Shown piece after piece: positions 45,943-57,984 of a stretch of DNA of 59,422 nucleotides. The notes under the pieces were generated by a model. It was given only the letters and a program-made list of their open reading frames with translations. It was not told the DNA's origin and ran no database searches. The DNA is from a virus (taxonomy: Duplodnaviria; Caudoviricetes), in IMG/VR virus record IMGVR_UViG_3300043442_000932, positions 1 through 59,422 of that record. One strand, written 5' to 3'. Numbering within the stretch: position 1 is the first letter of the stretch; the number at the start of each line of letters is the position of its first letter. Position numbers and translations under genes: made by a program.

Positions 45943-48900
45943 GTGAGTTGGTCAGAGGACATTGTAACCCGTGTTGTAACCGGTAGCTACATTACCGCGC
46001 GCGGAACTGCCGGTCGAGGCACAGTCACGTTTACTCCGACCAGCACGGTCGTCGATGAGAACGATGATGTCATCGTAACAGATCCTGTTGTGGCTACTCT
46101 TGACGGAGCAGGCGCATTCAGCATCACTCTTCCGACAACAGACAACCCAGCGCTCAAGCCGACAGGTTGGGCGTACGAAGTTCAAGTGCGTATCAACGGC
46201 GTCAAGCCGACAAAGTTCTGGATCTTCCTTCCAATAGGTGACGGAAGCCCTGTCGATATTTTCTCTCAACTTGGCAGTCTTTCTCCTGTCTCTGACGCGA
46301 CTGCAGGTGCAGCCGCTCGTGGTTCTATTGGACCGCAAGGTGCGACAGGTCCTACAGGTCCTTCAGGACCAACCGGTCCACTCGGGCCAACTGGACCTTC
46401 AGGCGGTCCTACTGGTCCGCAAGGTCCGCAAGGTGACGTCGGACCAACTGGACCCGCCGGAGCAACAGGTGCGACAGGTCCGCAAGGTATTCAAGGCACT
46501 CAAGGTGTTGTTGGCGACACCGGACCTACAGGTCCTGCTGGAACGTCAATCACAATTCTTGGCTCATACGCTACGTATAACGCACTCATTGCGGCGCACC
46601 CGACAGGAAATCCTGGTGACGGATATCTTGTTGACGGTGACTTGTACGTTTGGGACAACGTTGGTTCAGAGTGGGACAACGTCGGCAGCATTGAAGGTCC
46701 GACTGGTCCGCAAGGTATTCAAGGACCGACAGGTCCACAAGGCGACATTGGTCCAACCGGACCACAAGGTGATCAAGGTCCTCAAGGCGACGCAGGTCCT
46801 ACAGGCCCGCAAGGCGACGTCGGTCCTCAAGGTGACCTCGGTCCAACTGGTCCGCAAGGTGATCTTGGTCCGACAGGTCCAGAGGGTCCGACAGGTCCGC
46901 AAGGTGACCTCGGCCCAACTGGGCCTGAAGGCGCAACTGGTCCGCAAGGCGATGCAGGTCCTACAGGACCTCAGGGTGACCTAGGTCCAACCGGTCCTAC
47001 TGGACCGCAAGGCTTCGATGCGTTCGAGTACTCGCCGTTGCGCGCGTTTGAAAACGCGTATCAGCCGGGTGAGATCATCTTCTATAGTGGAAGTTACTTC
47101 ATCTGTCTTGCGACAAACGACGCGCTTCCTCCGACAGGTGGAAATCTTGGAGTCTACTGGAACCCATACTCGTTTGTTGGCGCAGTCGGTGCGACTGGTC
47201 CGCAAGGCGAGCAAGGTGCAACTGGTCCGCAAGGTGACCTCGGTCCAACTGGTCCGCAAGGTGATCTTGGCCCGACTGGTCCGCAAGGAGACATTGGACC
47301 AACTGGACCGCTCGGTCCAACAGGACCGCAAGGCGAGCTTGGTCCAACAGGTCCCCAAGGAACTGGCGTCACCATTCTTGGTTCGTATGCTTCATACGCA
47401 GCACTCATCGCAGCTCAGCCGACAGGAAATCCAGGTGACAGCTATCTTGTTGCCGGTGACTTGTATGTGTGGTCTGCAACGTCGTCTTCGTGGGTCAACG
47501 TTGGTCAAATTCAAGGACCGACAGGACCTGAAGGTGACATTGGTCCCACAGGACCACAAGGCATTCAAGGTGTAACTGGTCCGCAAGGTGACCTCGGTCC
47601 AACTGGTCCGCAAGGTGATCTTGGTCCAACTGGACCGCAAGGCATTCAAGGTGAAGTAGGTCCAACTGGTCCGCTTGGCCCAACAGGCCCGCAAGGCGAT
47701 CTGGGTCCAACTGGTCCGCAAGGTGAGCAAGGTGTAACTGGTCCGCAAGGTGACCTCGGTCCAACTGGTCCGCAAGGCGATCTTGGCCCGACTGGTCCTC
47801 AAGGAAACGTCGGTCCGACAGGTCCACTAGGACCTACAGGTCCGCAGGGCGATCTTGGTCCGACAGGTCCTCAAGGCTCGGCTGTAACAATTCTAGGCGA
47901 ATACGCCGATCTTGCTGCGCTGCAAGCTGCGCACCCAACTGGTAACGCAGGCGACGGGTATCTTGTTGAGAACGGCGACCTGTATGTCTGGAATGCTGTC
48001 GGTTCGACATGGGTAAACGTCGGAAACATTCAAGGACCTACAGGTCCAGTTGGCGCAACAGGTGCAACAGGACCGCAAGGTGAACCTGGTCCAACCGGAC
48101 CGCAAGGTATTGAAGGCAACGTCGGTCCTACAGGCCCGACAGGTCCTGAGGTTACAGGTCCTACAGGACCTATTGGCGACACAGGTCCAACTGGCCCAAC
48201 TGGACCCACGGGTGACATCGGTCAGTTTGCGATCTCTTCTGCGACACCTCCACCTTCTGCTGATATCGGCGACGCTTGGTTCAACTCTTCAACAGGCCAG
48301 ATCTTCGTCTATTACGACGGCTATTGGATTGAGTCAGCGTCAAGTAACAAAGGCGACACTGGCCCAACAGGTCCAGTAGGTCCTGCGTCAACAGTCACAG
48401 GCCCGCGCGGCTCGACTGGTCCGACAGGTCCTACTGGTTCGACAGGTCCTGCGTCAACAGTCACAGGTCCAACCGGCCCGCTTGGACCTACTGGTCCCAC
48501 CGGTCCAACTGGCCCACTTGGTCCTCAAGGATTGCAAGGTCCAACAGGTCCAGGTATCACTGGCCCAACTGGTCCGCAAGGTCCGCAAGGCGTACAAGGC
48601 GTCACAGGTCCAACTTCAACAACTCCTGGTCCGACTGGACCGCAAGGTCCGCAAGGCGCAACTGGACCCACCGGTCCTACTGGTCCTGCATCAACAGTCG
48701 CTGGTCCGCAAGGCGTCATTGGACCGACCGGGCCGACCGGCCCGCAGGGTCCAGCGTCTAACGTCACCGGTCCAACTGGACCGCAAGGCCCAACAGGTCC
48801 TGAAGGACTGGCGTCTAACGTCACCGGTCCAACTGGACCGCAAGGCCCAACAGGTCCAGTCGGTGCGACCGGTCCTGGGTTCTACAATCTCACGTCTTCA

Positions 48901-49194
48901 ATCATTACGTCGTCGCACACGCTCGGTGCAAGCGACGCTGGCAAGCTTGTCGAGGTCGACTCAGCACTTGCAGTCGAGCTAACAATTCCTGCCGACTCGA
49001 CGTACGACTTTGCAGTAGGCACACAGCTTGTGATTGTTCAGGTTGGTCTCGGTCAGGCGTCCGTTGCTCCTGCCGTAGGCGTGACGTTGAACTCAGAACA
49101 AAATAGACGAAAGCTTTCGCAGCAGTGGTCAGGTGTATCGTTGATCAAGCGCGCTGCAAATACGTGGGTTCTCTTCGGCAGCTTGGTAGACTAG
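45943..49194 (+). CDS. large collagen-like fibre protein
   Basis: Hundreds of GPT/GPQ/GDL triplets, three TILG.Y...PTGN.GD.YLV.GDLYVW modules, C-terminal F.VGT...VQ.G.GQ domain; ORF open from 45919. Confidence 0.9.
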   Translation: MSWSEDIVTRVVTGSYITARGTAGRGTVTFTPTSTVVDENDDVIVTDPVVATLDGAGAFSITLPTTDNPALKPTGWAYEVQVRINGVKPTKFWIFLPIGDGSPVDIFSQLGSLSPVSDATAGAAARGSIGPQGATGPTGPSGPTGPLGPTGPSGGPTGPQGPQGDVGPTGPAGATGATGPQGIQGTQGVVGDTGPTGPAGTSITILGSYATYNALIAAHPTGNPGDGYLVDGDLYVWDNVGSEWDNVGSIEGPTGPQGIQGPTGPQGDIGPTGPQGDQGPQGDAGPTGPQGDVGPQGDLGPTGPQGDLGPTGPEGPTGPQGDLGPTGPEGATGPQGDAGPTGPQGDLGPTGPTGPQGFDAFEYSPLRAFENAYQPGEIIFYSGSYFICLATNDALPPTGGNLGVYWNPYSFVGAVGATGPQGEQGATGPQGDLGPTGPQGDLGPTGPQGDIGPTGPLGPTGPQGELGPTGPQGTGVTILGSYASYAALIAAQPTGNPGDSYLVAGDLYVWSATSSSWVNVGQIQGPTGPEGDIGPTGPQGIQGVTGPQGDLGPTGPQGDLGPTGPQGIQGEVGPTGPLGPTGPQGDLGPTGPQGEQGVTGPQGDLGPTGPQGDLGPTGPQGNVGPTGPLGPTGPQGDLGPTGPQGSAVTILGEYADLAALQAAHPTGNAGDGYLVENGDLYVWNAVGSTWVNVGNIQGPTGPVGATGATGPQGEPGPTGPQGIEGNVGPTGPTGPEVTGPTGPIGDTGPTGPTGPTGDIGQFAISSATPPPSADIGDAWFNSSTGQIFVYYDGYWIESASSNKGDTGPTGPVGPASTVTGPRGSTGPTGPTGSTGPASTVTGPTGPLGPTGPTGPTGPLGPQGLQGPTGPGITGPTGPQGPQGVQGVTGPTSTTPGPTGPQGPQGATGPTGPTGPASTVAGPQGVIGPTGPTGPQGPASNVTGPTGPQGPTGPEGLASNVTGPTGPQGPTGPVGATGPGFYNLTSSIITSSHTLGASDAGKLVEVDSALAVELTIPADSTYDFAVGTQLVIVQVGLGQASVAPAVGVTLNSEQNRRKLSQQWSGVSLIKRAANTWVLFGSLVD

Positions 49195-49196
49195 CC

Positions 49197-50114
49197 ATGC
49201 TGATATCTGTTCACGGAGCTATTGGCTCAATCAAACGAGCTCTTGTGCCTGAGACATGGACGCAGCGCACATCTACGTTTGGATCGTCAAACATCAACCA
49301 CGTCACCTATGGTAACTCGGTGTTTGTAGCAGTTGGCGACTCAGGAAAGATGTCCGTGTCTCAAGACCTCGGCGTGACGTGGTCGTCGCTGACGTCGTCG
49401 TTCGGCACAAGCAACATCTGGAGCGTACAGTACGGAAACAACTTGTGGGTTGCTGTTGGCAGTACTGGAAAGATGGCAACGTCGGTAGACGGCGTGAACT
49501 GGTTTCAGCGCGTGTCTTCGTTCGGCACAACTACTATTCTTACTGTTGCGTACTACGAAGGATTTTGGATCGCCGCAGGAGTCGGAGGTAAGTTGGCGAC
49601 GAGCATCGACGGTCTCAACTGGACGCAGCGCACTTCGTCGTTCGGCACGACTTACATCTATGACATCTCATACGGAGGCGGAAAGTGGGTTGCTGTTGGA
49701 GACGCTGGCAAGCTCGCGACATCTGTAGACGGAATCTCTTGGACTCAACGTACGTCATCTTTTGGAACAGACAGAATCCGAGAGATCGCGCACACACCTA
49801 CTGGATACGCAGTCATCGTTGGAAACAACGGAAAGATCGCTACAAGTCCAGATGGAACCGCGTGGACACAACAGGCAAACACGTTCTTGTCTTCAACTCT
49901 TGAGGCAGTGTCGTACGGCGGTAACGGTATGCTTGTAGCGGCAGGCTTTTCAGGCAAGCTCGGAACTTCTAGAATCTTGAGCTCGGTCAGCAACGACGCG
50001 TGGGTTCAGCAAACATCATCGTTTGGCACAACACCAATCAACTCAGTGGTGTTTGGATCTGGTACGTTCGTCGCGGTCGGCCAGGCTGGAAAGATCGCGA
50101 CGTCGTCTGGATAG
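49197..50114 (+). CDS. beta-propeller (BNR/Asp-box-like repeat) virion protein
   Basis: Seven repeats of WTQRTSSFGT..I..V.YG...WVAVG..GK.ATS.DG. Confidence 0.85.
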   Translation: MLISVHGAIGSIKRALVPETWTQRTSTFGSSNINHVTYGNSVFVAVGDSGKMSVSQDLGVTWSSLTSSFGTSNIWSVQYGNNLWVAVGSTGKMATSVDGVNWFQRVSSFGTTTILTVAYYEGFWIAAGVGGKLATSIDGLNWTQRTSSFGTTYIYDISYGGGKWVAVGDAGKLATSVDGISWTQRTSSFGTDRIREIAHTPTGYAVIVGNNGKIATSPDGTAWTQQANTFLSSTLEAVSYGGNGMLVAAGFSGKLGTSRILSSVSNDAWVQQTSSFGTTPINSVVFGSGTFVAVGQAGKIATSSG

Positions 50115-50121
50115 GAGAAAC

Positions 50122-50286
50122 ATGGACATGTACACGTATGAGATTCAAGAGACTCCGCCGATGGCGAAGATCTATAAAGATGGAAGTCTTATAGACAACT
50201 CAGGGCCGTGGGAGTCGGTGTCTGCTGCCGCAGACTGGGCGATGCTCATGGTCTCACGCCTAAACGCAGGCTTGGAGTCGTTGTAG
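50122..50286 (+). CDS. small hypothetical protein
   Basis: 54 aa; RBS AGGAGA. Confidence 0.6.
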   Translation: MDMYTYEIQETPPMAKIYKDGSLIDNSGPWESVSAAADWAMLMVSRLNAGLESL

Positions 50287-50328
50287 AAGTAGTAAGATTT
50301 AGGAAGTTCTTGAAGCCGAGGAGCTTTA

Positions 50329-52083
50329 GTGTCAGCGATTGATTTTCCAAATGACCCAGTAGTTGGGCAGGTTCACACCGGAGGAAACTCTCAGTGGGTG
50401 TGGAACGGTACGGCTTGGGAGACGCTGCGTATTACTCCTACAGGTCCGACAGGTCCTACTGGACCGCTCGGACCAACCGGCCCGTATGGAATCTTTTCAA
50501 TCGCAACTGAGACTCCGCCGCCATCACCGTCACTAGGTCAGGCGTGGTTCAACGGTGTGACTGGAAAAGTTTACGTTTACTATGACGACTTCTGGGTTGA
50601 GGTCGGCGCCGCGCCTGTCGGCGCAACCGGTCCTACAGGTCCTCTTGGGCCTACAGGCGCAACTGGACCGCAAGGACTTCCATCAAATGTCACCGGACCG
50701 ATGGGACCTACTGGTCCAGCTGGCGAGTCAGTCACAGGCGCGACAGGTCCAGCGGGAACAAATGGCAAGTATCTTGCTGGAGAGACGTATCCAAACCCGA
50801 CGCCTGAAGAAGGTGACGCTTGGTTCAACACGATCAACTTGAAGACATACGTCTATTACGATGGATTCTGGGTCGAGGTCTCAGCGAACGACGCTGGTCC
50901 GACTGGTCCTACTGGTCCTGAAGTTCCCGGACCAACCGGTCCGCAAGGTCCAACTGGACCGACAGGCGCGCAAGGCGAAGCGATCACAGGCCCAACTGGT
51001 CCGCAAGGTCCGCAAGGTCCGACTGGTCCGTCAGGCGGACCAACTGGTCCTACAGGACCTCGCGGCGCAACTGGACCAACAGGACCCACAGGACCTGGAG
51101 TTACTGGACCAACCGGTCCAACTGGACCAACAGGTCTTGCACTTGTCCCGTTCCGAAACTTGCTGACAAATGGAGACATGCGCGTAGCGCAGCGTTCTAC
51201 TTCAGTCGCGTCGATTTCATCGACCAACTACTACACTGTTGACAGGTTCAATCATGTGATCTCAGGCATAGGTATCTGGACATCAGAACAAATAAGTGAC
51301 GCTGTCGACGTTTCTCGAAGCGCGTTGAAGCTCACCTGCACAGCCGCATCACCAGCGCCAACACCAAACTCATTTTCTCGCATTGAGCAGAAGCTTGAAG
51401 GATTTGACGTTCAGTCTGCTAAGAAAGGAACAGCTGATGCTCTTGCACTGACACTTTCATTTTACGTAAAGTCTAACGTCATTGGCACTTACATTGCAGA
51501 ACTGTACGACAACGACAACACCCGCTCGGTCAGTGCCGCGTACAGTATCAACGTCGCAGACACATGGGAAAAGAAGACGATCACTTTTGCTGGCGACACA
51601 GTCGGTCAGTTCGACAATGACAACAACGCTTCGTTGATTGTCGGTTGGTACCTCGGCGCTGGGACTGACTACACAAGCGGCACGCTTGCGTCGTCGTGGG
51701 GAGCAACTGTCACGGCGAACAGAGCTGTCGGTCAAACAAATCTTGCGTCATCTGCGTCACAGTACATCGCTTTTACTCAGGCGCAGCTCGAGGTCAATAC
51801 TGTAGCAAGTCCATTTGATGTTCGGCCACTCTCAATTGAGCTCGCTCGCTGCATGCGGTACTTTGAAAAGTCTGCCGGCAACTCGCATGCTGTTGTCACA
51901 GCGGCATCTTCGTCATTTCCGACGGTGTTCTACAAGGTACGCAAGCGAGCAACTCCTATTCTCACTCCAACATTCAACGTCGGTACAGGTGCGTCGTTCA
52001 CGGTAAGTGCCGACGGTCACGTGCAGACCGGCAACCACTCAGCTGGCTCGTTGTATACATTCACTTCGTCGGCGGAACTGTGA
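50329..52083 (+). CDS. collagen-like tail fibre with C-terminal carbohydrate-binding-like domain
   Basis: AIDFP start, GPT repeats, [14 protein letters not shown]...DR....EL.RC.RYF. Confidence 0.88.
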   Translation: MSAIDFPNDPVVGQVHTGGNSQWVWNGTAWETLRITPTGPTGPTGPLGPTGPYGIFSIATETPPPSPSLGQAWFNGVTGKVYVYYDDFWVEVGAAPVGATGPTGPLGPTGATGPQGLPSNVTGPMGPTGPAGESVTGATGPAGTNGKYLAGETYPNPTPEEGDAWFNTINLKTYVYYDGFWVEVSANDAGPTGPTGPEVPGPTGPQGPTGPTGAQGEAITGPTGPQGPQGPTGPSGGPTGPTGPRGATGPTGPTGPGVTGPTGPTGPTGLALVPFRNLLTNGDMRVAQRSTSVASISSTNYYTVDRFNHVISGIGIWTSEQISDAVDVSRSALKLTCTAASPAPTPNSFSRIEQKLEGFDVQSAKKGTADALALTLSFYVKSNVIGTYIAELYDNDNTRSVSAAYSINVADTWEKKTITFAGDTVGQFDNDNNASLIVGWYLGAGTDYTSGTLASSWGATVTANRAVGQTNLASSASQYIAFTQAQLEVNTVASPFDVRPLSIELARCMRYFEKSAGNSHAVVTAASSSFPTVFYKVRKRATPILTPTFNVGTGASFTVSADGHVQTGNHSAGSLYTFTSSAEL

Positions 52084-52090
52084 GCGCATC

Positions 52091-53371
52091 GTGGCAGTAG
52101 ACTTTCCTAACTCTCCAGTACTGAACCAAACAGTCGTCGTTGGAAACAAGACGTACCGATGGACTGGTACGTCGTGGGACCAAGACTCAAGTCTTGGCCA
52201 GGCAGGCCCAACTGGACCAACAGGACCGCTCGGTCCGACAGGGCCTACTGGTCCTGCTCAAACGATCAACACCTCCGCTCCGCTCGTGTGGAACGCCGGT
52301 ACTCAGACGCTGTCAGGCCCGACAATCGAGACGGTGTCCGGGTCGCAGAGCAAGGCCGATGCAGCCGCGGCCGCCGCAGTCGCGGCGCACAATGCGCAGC
52401 AAACAAACGTCCACGGAATCTTTGATGTCGAAGAACTTGAGACTCAGCTCGGCGCTCTCGAAAAAGCGCAGAATGAAGCCGCTGCCTCGACGGAAGCGCA
52501 CCGTATCGACACAACAGACGTTCACGGCATTCCAAACACCGCAGATGTCGTTCTTCGAACAATGGTCGACGCAAAAGGTGACTTGATCGCCGGAACCGCT
52601 GACAATCTTGTTGCGCGTCTTGGAGTTGGAGCAAACGGCACTACTCTCGAGGCAGACGACACAGAAGCTACTGGAATCAAGTGGTCAACTACAGTTGGCG
52701 ATCACATTGCGGCGTCAACGTCAGTGCACGGTATCTCGAACACGTCAAATCTTGTCTACTATTCTGGCAGCGTCGTCAAAGACTCTACCGGCGTGGCTAT
52801 TAGTCCGTACCACATCGGTGCTCCGTCACTCACGGCGATTCAAGGCCACTTCCATCTTTCACCAAACGCGATTGACACCGCTCCGCGAACTGTCAACACA
52901 ACAACAAACCTCGCAACTGGAACCGCGTTCTTCACGTTCTTCACTCCTCTGTACACATTGACGGTGTCAAATATCACTTATGTCTCAGGCACGATTGTCT
53001 CAAGCGGCGTATCAATCGCACGATTTGGTCTTTACACAGTCGATGCAAGCGACAACGCGACGCTTGTCGCGCGAACAGACAATGATACTGGTATTCTTTC
53101 TTCTGCAAACACTGCGTACACAAAGCCGTTTTCTGTGCTAAGCGGCTACCCGGCGTCATACACACTAGAAGCAGGACAGCGGTACGCAGTCGCGATCATC
53201 ATGGTGGCTACAGGTGCAGGTTCTGTGTACATGAACTACGCAAGTCCAATCACAACAATAAACTCTCTTCCACCTCGTATGACAGGCGCTGCTGGATCAC
53301 AAGCAGACCTTCCAACGTCGCGCACAACATACTCAAACACCGTGTCAACACCGTGGGCTAGGTTGTCGTAA
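52091..53371 (+). CDS. fibre/virion protein with short collagen segment
   Basis: AVDFPNSP start; H...TT.VHGI repeats; DAKGDLI.GTADN...RL.VG module. Confidence 0.82.
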   Translation: MAVDFPNSPVLNQTVVVGNKTYRWTGTSWDQDSSLGQAGPTGPTGPLGPTGPTGPAQTINTSAPLVWNAGTQTLSGPTIETVSGSQSKADAAAAAAVAAHNAQQTNVHGIFDVEELETQLGALEKAQNEAAASTEAHRIDTTDVHGIPNTADVVLRTMVDAKGDLIAGTADNLVARLGVGANGTTLEADDTEATGIKWSTTVGDHIAASTSVHGISNTSNLVYYSGSVVKDSTGVAISPYHIGAPSLTAIQGHFHLSPNAIDTAPRTVNTTTNLATGTAFFTFFTPLYTLTVSNITYVSGTIVSSGVSIARFGLYTVDASDNATLVARTDNDTGILSSANTAYTKPFSVLSGYPASYTLEAGQRYAVAIIMVATGAGSVYMNYASPITTINSLPPRMTGAAGSQADLPTSRTTYSNTVSTPWARLS

Positions 53372-53832
53372 TGGCTATTGATTTTCCGTTCGATCCAACG
53401 CCAGGTGACGAATACGTATACGGCACGCAGAAATGGACATGGACAGGCGTCACTTGGGACCTTGTTGTCACAGAGCTTGTGGGTCCTACAGGACCTACAG
53501 GTCCACTAGGTCCAACTGGACCACTTGGGCCGACTGGCCCACTCGGGCCAACTGGACCTCAAGGAGTTCCGACTCTCATCCTCGCGCAGTTTGAGACGTA
53601 CAACGACCTTGTCACAGCGCATCCAGTTGGTTCAGTGGGAGACGCCTATCTTCTTGACAATGGCGATCTCTACGTTTGGATACAATCTACTTCGTCGTGG
53701 AATAACTCGGGCAATATTCTTGGACCTACCGGTCCAGTCGGCTCTCTTGGTCCAACAGGTCCTACAGGTCCTCAAGGTCCAGAAGGTGGCGGCGGACTTG
53801 GATTCGCAACAAACTGGTGGCTAGCAACATAG
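53371..53832 (+). CDS. short collagen-like protein
   Basis: MAIDFP start, GPT repeats, HP.G..GDAYL module. Confidence 0.82.
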   Translation: MAIDFPFDPTPGDEYVYGTQKWTWTGVTWDLVVTELVGPTGPTGPLGPTGPLGPTGPLGPTGPQGVPTLILAQFETYNDLVTAHPVGSVGDAYLLDNGDLYVWIQSTSSWNNSGNILGPTGPVGSLGPTGPTGPQGPEGGGGLGFATNWWLAT

Positions 53833-53842
53833 GAGCTGAATA

Positions 53843-54181
53843 GTGGCAACACCGATTCGACGACTTGGTATCGTCCGACCGACGGCAGATACTCCTATGC
53901 TCGCGTTCACATCCACAAGCTACTTCTTCGTGTCGGTGATCGCGACAAACGTCTCAGAGACCGACAACGCGACTTTCACCGTGTGGGTAATCCCCGCAGG
54001 AAACGAAGCTTTGATTCCGTCGCACGTCGCATTCAACCTTCCACTCAATCTCAAAGATTCTTATGAAACGTATCGGTTTCCAGTCATGAACACCGACGAG
54101 ATCATGGTTGAGGCGTCTACTTCTGACGTCACTTTCACCGTCGTCGGTATCGACCAGATCAACGAAATCACGTCAGTCTAG
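53843..54181 (+). CDS. virion structural protein (beta-rich)
   Basis: 112 aa; RBS AGGAG. Confidence 0.72.
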   Translation: MATPIRRLGIVRPTADTPMLAFTSTSYFFVSVIATNVSETDNATFTVWVIPAGNEALIPSHVAFNLPLNLKDSYETYRFPVMNTDEIMVEASTSDVTFTVVGIDQINEITSV

Positions 54182-54190
54182 GGGTAACAG

Positions 54191-54535
54191 ATGCCAGGAT
54201 TTACAGGAAGATCTACCGACGGAGTTCCACGGACAATTGTGGTCACCGTCGAGGACGCTGACACGGACACCGCGGTCTATTCTCCGACTCAAAAGGGTCG
54301 TGTCACGTCGCTGATCGCCGCTAACCGCACCGGCGGAACGCTGCCTTTGACGGTGAAGATCACGCGGGGCGCAGACACACACTATGTCGTCAAGGACCAT
54401 CGAGTGCCCAACGGAGAGAATAGAGAGCTTGCCGGCAACGGTATTATTGTCCAAGCTGGCGACGTTCTTGAAGCAGTTTGTCCAGTGGAAGATTCATTTG
54501 ATCTAATCGTTTCGGCGGTGGAAGGACTCGTCTAG
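54191..54535 (+). CDS. virion structural protein (beta-rich)
   Basis: 114 aa; LIAAN...V....IIVQAGDVL. Confidence 0.72.
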   Translation: MPGFTGRSTDGVPRTIVVTVEDADTDTAVYSPTQKGRVTSLIAANRTGGTLPLTVKITRGADTHYVVKDHRVPNGENRELAGNGIIVQAGDVLEAVCPVEDSFDLIVSAVEGLV

Positions 54536-54792
54536 TGCCAGCTCCAGACTATTACAACGTTGAGGACATCGCAGACAAGACGTTCTACGGCCTGCGTTTT
54601 GCTCCATCGACAGGGACACTTACGGCAGTAAAAGTAAATGACGGAACTCCAGTGAAGCTGCCAGAACTCACGACGGAAGGCGATCCTTACATTCGTAAGC
54701 CGTCTGATTACCGCGCATGGGTCTGGACCAGCAACACATTGCGGTTTTCGTGGGATAATACAACAGGACACCTTTTGGTGGAGGTAGTGTAA
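54535..54792 (+). CDS. hypothetical virion protein
   Basis: 85 aa, coupled GTG start. Confidence 0.7.
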   Translation: MPAPDYYNVEDIADKTFYGLRFAPSTGTLTAVKVNDGTPVKLPELTTEGDPYIRKPSDYRAWVWTSNTLRFSWDNTTGHLLVEVV

Positions 54793-57700
54793 GTGGCACA
54801 ACTAATCGATCTTGGAAAGCTCCGCTTCTATTTTGCCGGAGAGTACAGCACCGCGACTGAATACGAGCTGAACGACTGCGTTCGCTACGGCGGCAACGTG
54901 TATGTCTACACAAATGAAGTTGCCACGACAGGCACTCTTCCGACCGCAACCTCGCACTGGCAGGTCATGGTCGAGGGCATCAATTTCCGCGGTAACTACA
55001 ATGCAGTCACACCGTACGCGGTAAACGACGTCGTTGCGTTCGGCGGCATTCTTTACACCTGCATCCAGAACAGCACAAATAACGTCCCGACTAACACAAC
55101 CTACTGGGAAAAGTTCGTTGACGGTCTTCAATATGAAGGCAACTACAACAACGCAACGCCTTACCAAAAGAACGACATCGTCACCTATGGTGCACGCGCG
55201 TACATCGCCACCGCTACGACGACAGGAAATCTTCCGACAAACACCTCGTACTGGCAGGTCTTTGCAGACGGTCTCGCGAGCCTTGGTCTTTACAACGCCG
55301 CGACCGAATACAAAAAGAACGACGTCGTCTACCTCGGCGGTCGTACGTACGTCGCGCTTCGTGACACGGTAGGCGATGAACCAGGTGCCACCGGGAGCGG
55401 ATCAGACTGGGCGGTCTTTGCCGACGGTCTCAAGTTCCGCAGCAACTGGAACACAGCAACTCGCTACGAACTGAACGACATCGTCCTTCGCGGCGGCAAC
55501 GCGTACATCTGTATTCTTGCGCACACGTCTGCCGGCACATTCAACGCAGATCTGACAGCACTGAAGTGGTCTGTCTACAGCCAAGGATTCCGCTTCCGCG
55601 GTATCTGGACTCCAGAAACAGATTACTTGGTCAACGACCTTGTCTCTGACGGAAACTCGACGTTTGTCTCAAGCGCAGACTTTACGTCTGGTGCTACAAG
55701 CATTCTTGACGACGCGTACTGGTCGGTCTTTGCGCTTGGTGCCGACTACCTCCCGGCCCAGGTAAGCAACGAGAACAAGCTTCTTTCGACTGACGGAACA
55801 GACCCGTTCTGGTCATCGAACATCGACATCTCTGGCGACGTTCAGGCGGGCGGAGTTCTCTATCTTGGCCAAGACGCGTACACAATCGCCACAGCAGTCG
55901 CTCTTCCAAACCTCATCGGTTTGGCGGTTGGTGACGCTGGCGGATCGTCTGAGGAATACGCTCAGTTCGTCGTCTGGAACAAGAACACTGACGGTCTAGC
56001 CTCGACCGACCTCATCGTGCAGACGCACGATGCTACAGACTCTGACGGCTTCATCGACATCGGTATTACCGGCGAGAACTTTGACAGCGAAACGTACGGC
56101 ATCACAGGACCGAACGACGGCTACCTGTTCATGGTCGCTCCGACAGGAACCACCGGCGAGGGCAACCTTGTCTTGGCCACAGGAGACACCGGAACAGCTA
56201 ACAAGATCGTCTTCGCAGCCGGCGGTTTGACATCTGGCAACACCCAGATGGAGATCATTCCAGACACAAGCGTGCACATTGAGATCGCGACTGCGTCGAC
56301 GAGCACTACAACAGGAGCGCTCGTAGTCGCGGGCGGCGTCGGTGTCCAAGGTGACATGAATGTCCAAGGTGACCTCAACGTCATCGGTAACCTCGCATTG
56401 AGCGGTCTTGACTATATCGGTGTCGGTGACGGAGCAGCGGCATTCGGCGCTACGTTGACTAACCCGATCGCGACGTTCCAGATCGACGCAGATGACTACG
56501 CACAGGTTGCGTTTAGGAACATCAGTGACGCCGTCAACGCGTCAACTGACTTCATCGCGTACGCCGACGATGGCTCTGACAACGACGGCTACATCGACAT
56601 GGGCATCACGTCGAGCAACTTTGCCGACCCAGAGTTCACTCTGACCGGAGCACACGACGGCTACATCTTCATGAACGCTCCGACCGGCTCTGGCGGCGCA
56701 GGAAACCTCGTCTTGGCTACAGGCGCAAACGGCGTCGAGAACAAGATCGTTTTTGCTGCCGGCGGTCTCACGTCCGGTAACGAACAAATGATCATCACAC
56801 CGTTCCAGTCGGTGCATGTCGAGATCGCTACAGAATCTACAAGCGCTACTACTGGAGCATTCACTGTAGACGGCGGTATCGGTCTCACTGGTAACTTGAA
56901 CGTCGGCGGAAACGTCGGCATTGTCGGTAACGTCGACATCCAAGGCCAGATCACGATCGCAGGCGGCGGAACAACATTCGACACCGCAAACCTCGCAGTC
57001 GTTGACCCAATGATCTACGTCGCGCAGTCTAACTCGGACAACGCAGTTGACTTTGCGTTCGTCGGCGAGGCAGCGTTCCCGATCACTCCGATCGCTCGTA
57101 CCGTGACAAACAAGGTCCTCACCGACAACATTGCCACGCTGACGGTCTCGGCGGCGCACACGTTCCAAGAGGGCGACTACGTCGTCGTCGCAGGCGTCGA
57201 TGCGACATTCAACGGAACTCATTTGATCACAGATCTTCCGACGGCCTCGTCATTCAGCTTTGCCAAGACTGCAACAAACGTTCCAGCGGCGTCTGCTACT
57301 GGTACAGCGACTGTTTCCAACAGAGCGAAGTACTCAGGTCTTGCGAAAGACGCAACAGACGGAATCTGGAAGCTGTTCGCAGACGCGAGTACCAAGCCAG
57401 CGAACACAGTAAACTTCTCTGAAGCTGGTGTCCGCTACGACGACCTCCAGCTCCGCAACATCACCGCGGTCGGCAACGTCGCCGTCACAGGTACTCTCAA
57501 GCAGAATAACCACGATGTTCTGACAAACGACATCGCGAACGCGAAGGGCGACATCATTGTTGCTACCGCGCCAGACGCGATGACTCGACTTGGTGTTGGA
57601 TCTAACACGACGTTCATTCAGGCCGACAGCGCTCAAGCTACTGGCCTCAAGTACACAAGCTTGGCGACAGACACCGTTCTTGGCGCAGTCCAAGTCACGG

Positions 57701-57966
57701 CTTCGACCTCTCGTCCAGCATCTCCTTCCATTGGTCAGTTGATCTTTGAAACAGACACTGACTACATCAACCGCTACACTTCTAGCGGATGGAAGGCTCT
57801 CGGTCCGGTGTTCCTCGGTTTCACGACCGACGACGATGGCAACCTCACGGCTGTCACAGGTCCGGACGGAACCTATAATGTTGGAGACTACACCGACTAT
57901 GGCATTCTCCCAGCGGAGATGACAGTGTCGGTGAACGCCTCCGGTCAATTGGTACTCACCTCGTAG
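54793..57966 (+). CDS. large tail-fibre-like protein with CBM5/12-like repeats
   Basis: IDLGKLRF start; six Y...T.Y..ND.V.YGG..Y repeats; duplicated ASTD...DG.ID.GIT module; STSTTTGALVV.GGVG. Confidence 0.85.
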   Translation: MAQLIDLGKLRFYFAGEYSTATEYELNDCVRYGGNVYVYTNEVATTGTLPTATSHWQVMVEGINFRGNYNAVTPYAVNDVVAFGGILYTCIQNSTNNVPTNTTYWEKFVDGLQYEGNYNNATPYQKNDIVTYGARAYIATATTTGNLPTNTSYWQVFADGLASLGLYNAATEYKKNDVVYLGGRTYVALRDTVGDEPGATGSGSDWAVFADGLKFRSNWNTATRYELNDIVLRGGNAYICILAHTSAGTFNADLTALKWSVYSQGFRFRGIWTPETDYLVNDLVSDGNSTFVSSADFTSGATSILDDAYWSVFALGADYLPAQVSNENKLLSTDGTDPFWSSNIDISGDVQAGGVLYLGQDAYTIATAVALPNLIGLAVGDAGGSSEEYAQFVVWNKNTDGLASTDLIVQTHDATDSDGFIDIGITGENFDSETYGITGPNDGYLFMVAPTGTTGEGNLVLATGDTGTANKIVFAAGGLTSGNTQMEIIPDTSVHIEIATASTSTTTGALVVAGGVGVQGDMNVQGDLNVIGNLALSGLDYIGVGDGAAAFGATLTNPIATFQIDADDYAQVAFRNISDAVNASTDFIAYADDGSDNDGYIDMGITSSNFADPEFTLTGAHDGYIFMNAPTGSGGAGNLVLATGANGVENKIVFAAGGLTSGNEQMIITPFQSVHVEIATESTSATTGAFTVDGGIGLTGNLNVGGNVGIVGNVDIQGQITIAGGGTTFDTANLAVVDPMIYVAQSNSDNAVDFAFVGEAAFPITPIARTVTNKVLTDNIATLTVSAAHTFQEGDYVVVAGVDATFNGTHLITDLPTASSFSFAKTATNVPAASATGTATVSNRAKYSGLAKDATDGIWKLFADASTKPANTVNFSEAGVRYDDLQLRNITAVGNVAVTGTLKQNNHDVLTNDIANAKGDIIVATAPDAMTRLGVGSNTTFIQADSAQATGLKYTSLATDTVLGAVQVTASTSRPASPSIGQLIFETDTDYINRYTSSGWKALGPVFLGFTTDDDGNLTAVTGPDGTYNVGDYTDYGILPAEMTVSVNASGQLVLTS

Positions 57967-57984
57967 TAGCAAAAAAGGATAGCA

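Noticed and set aside
38956-53824. Antisense and frameshifted ORFs in collagen genes (PVGPVGP, QVQLVRKV)
   Set aside because: Shadow frames of Gly-X-Y repeats
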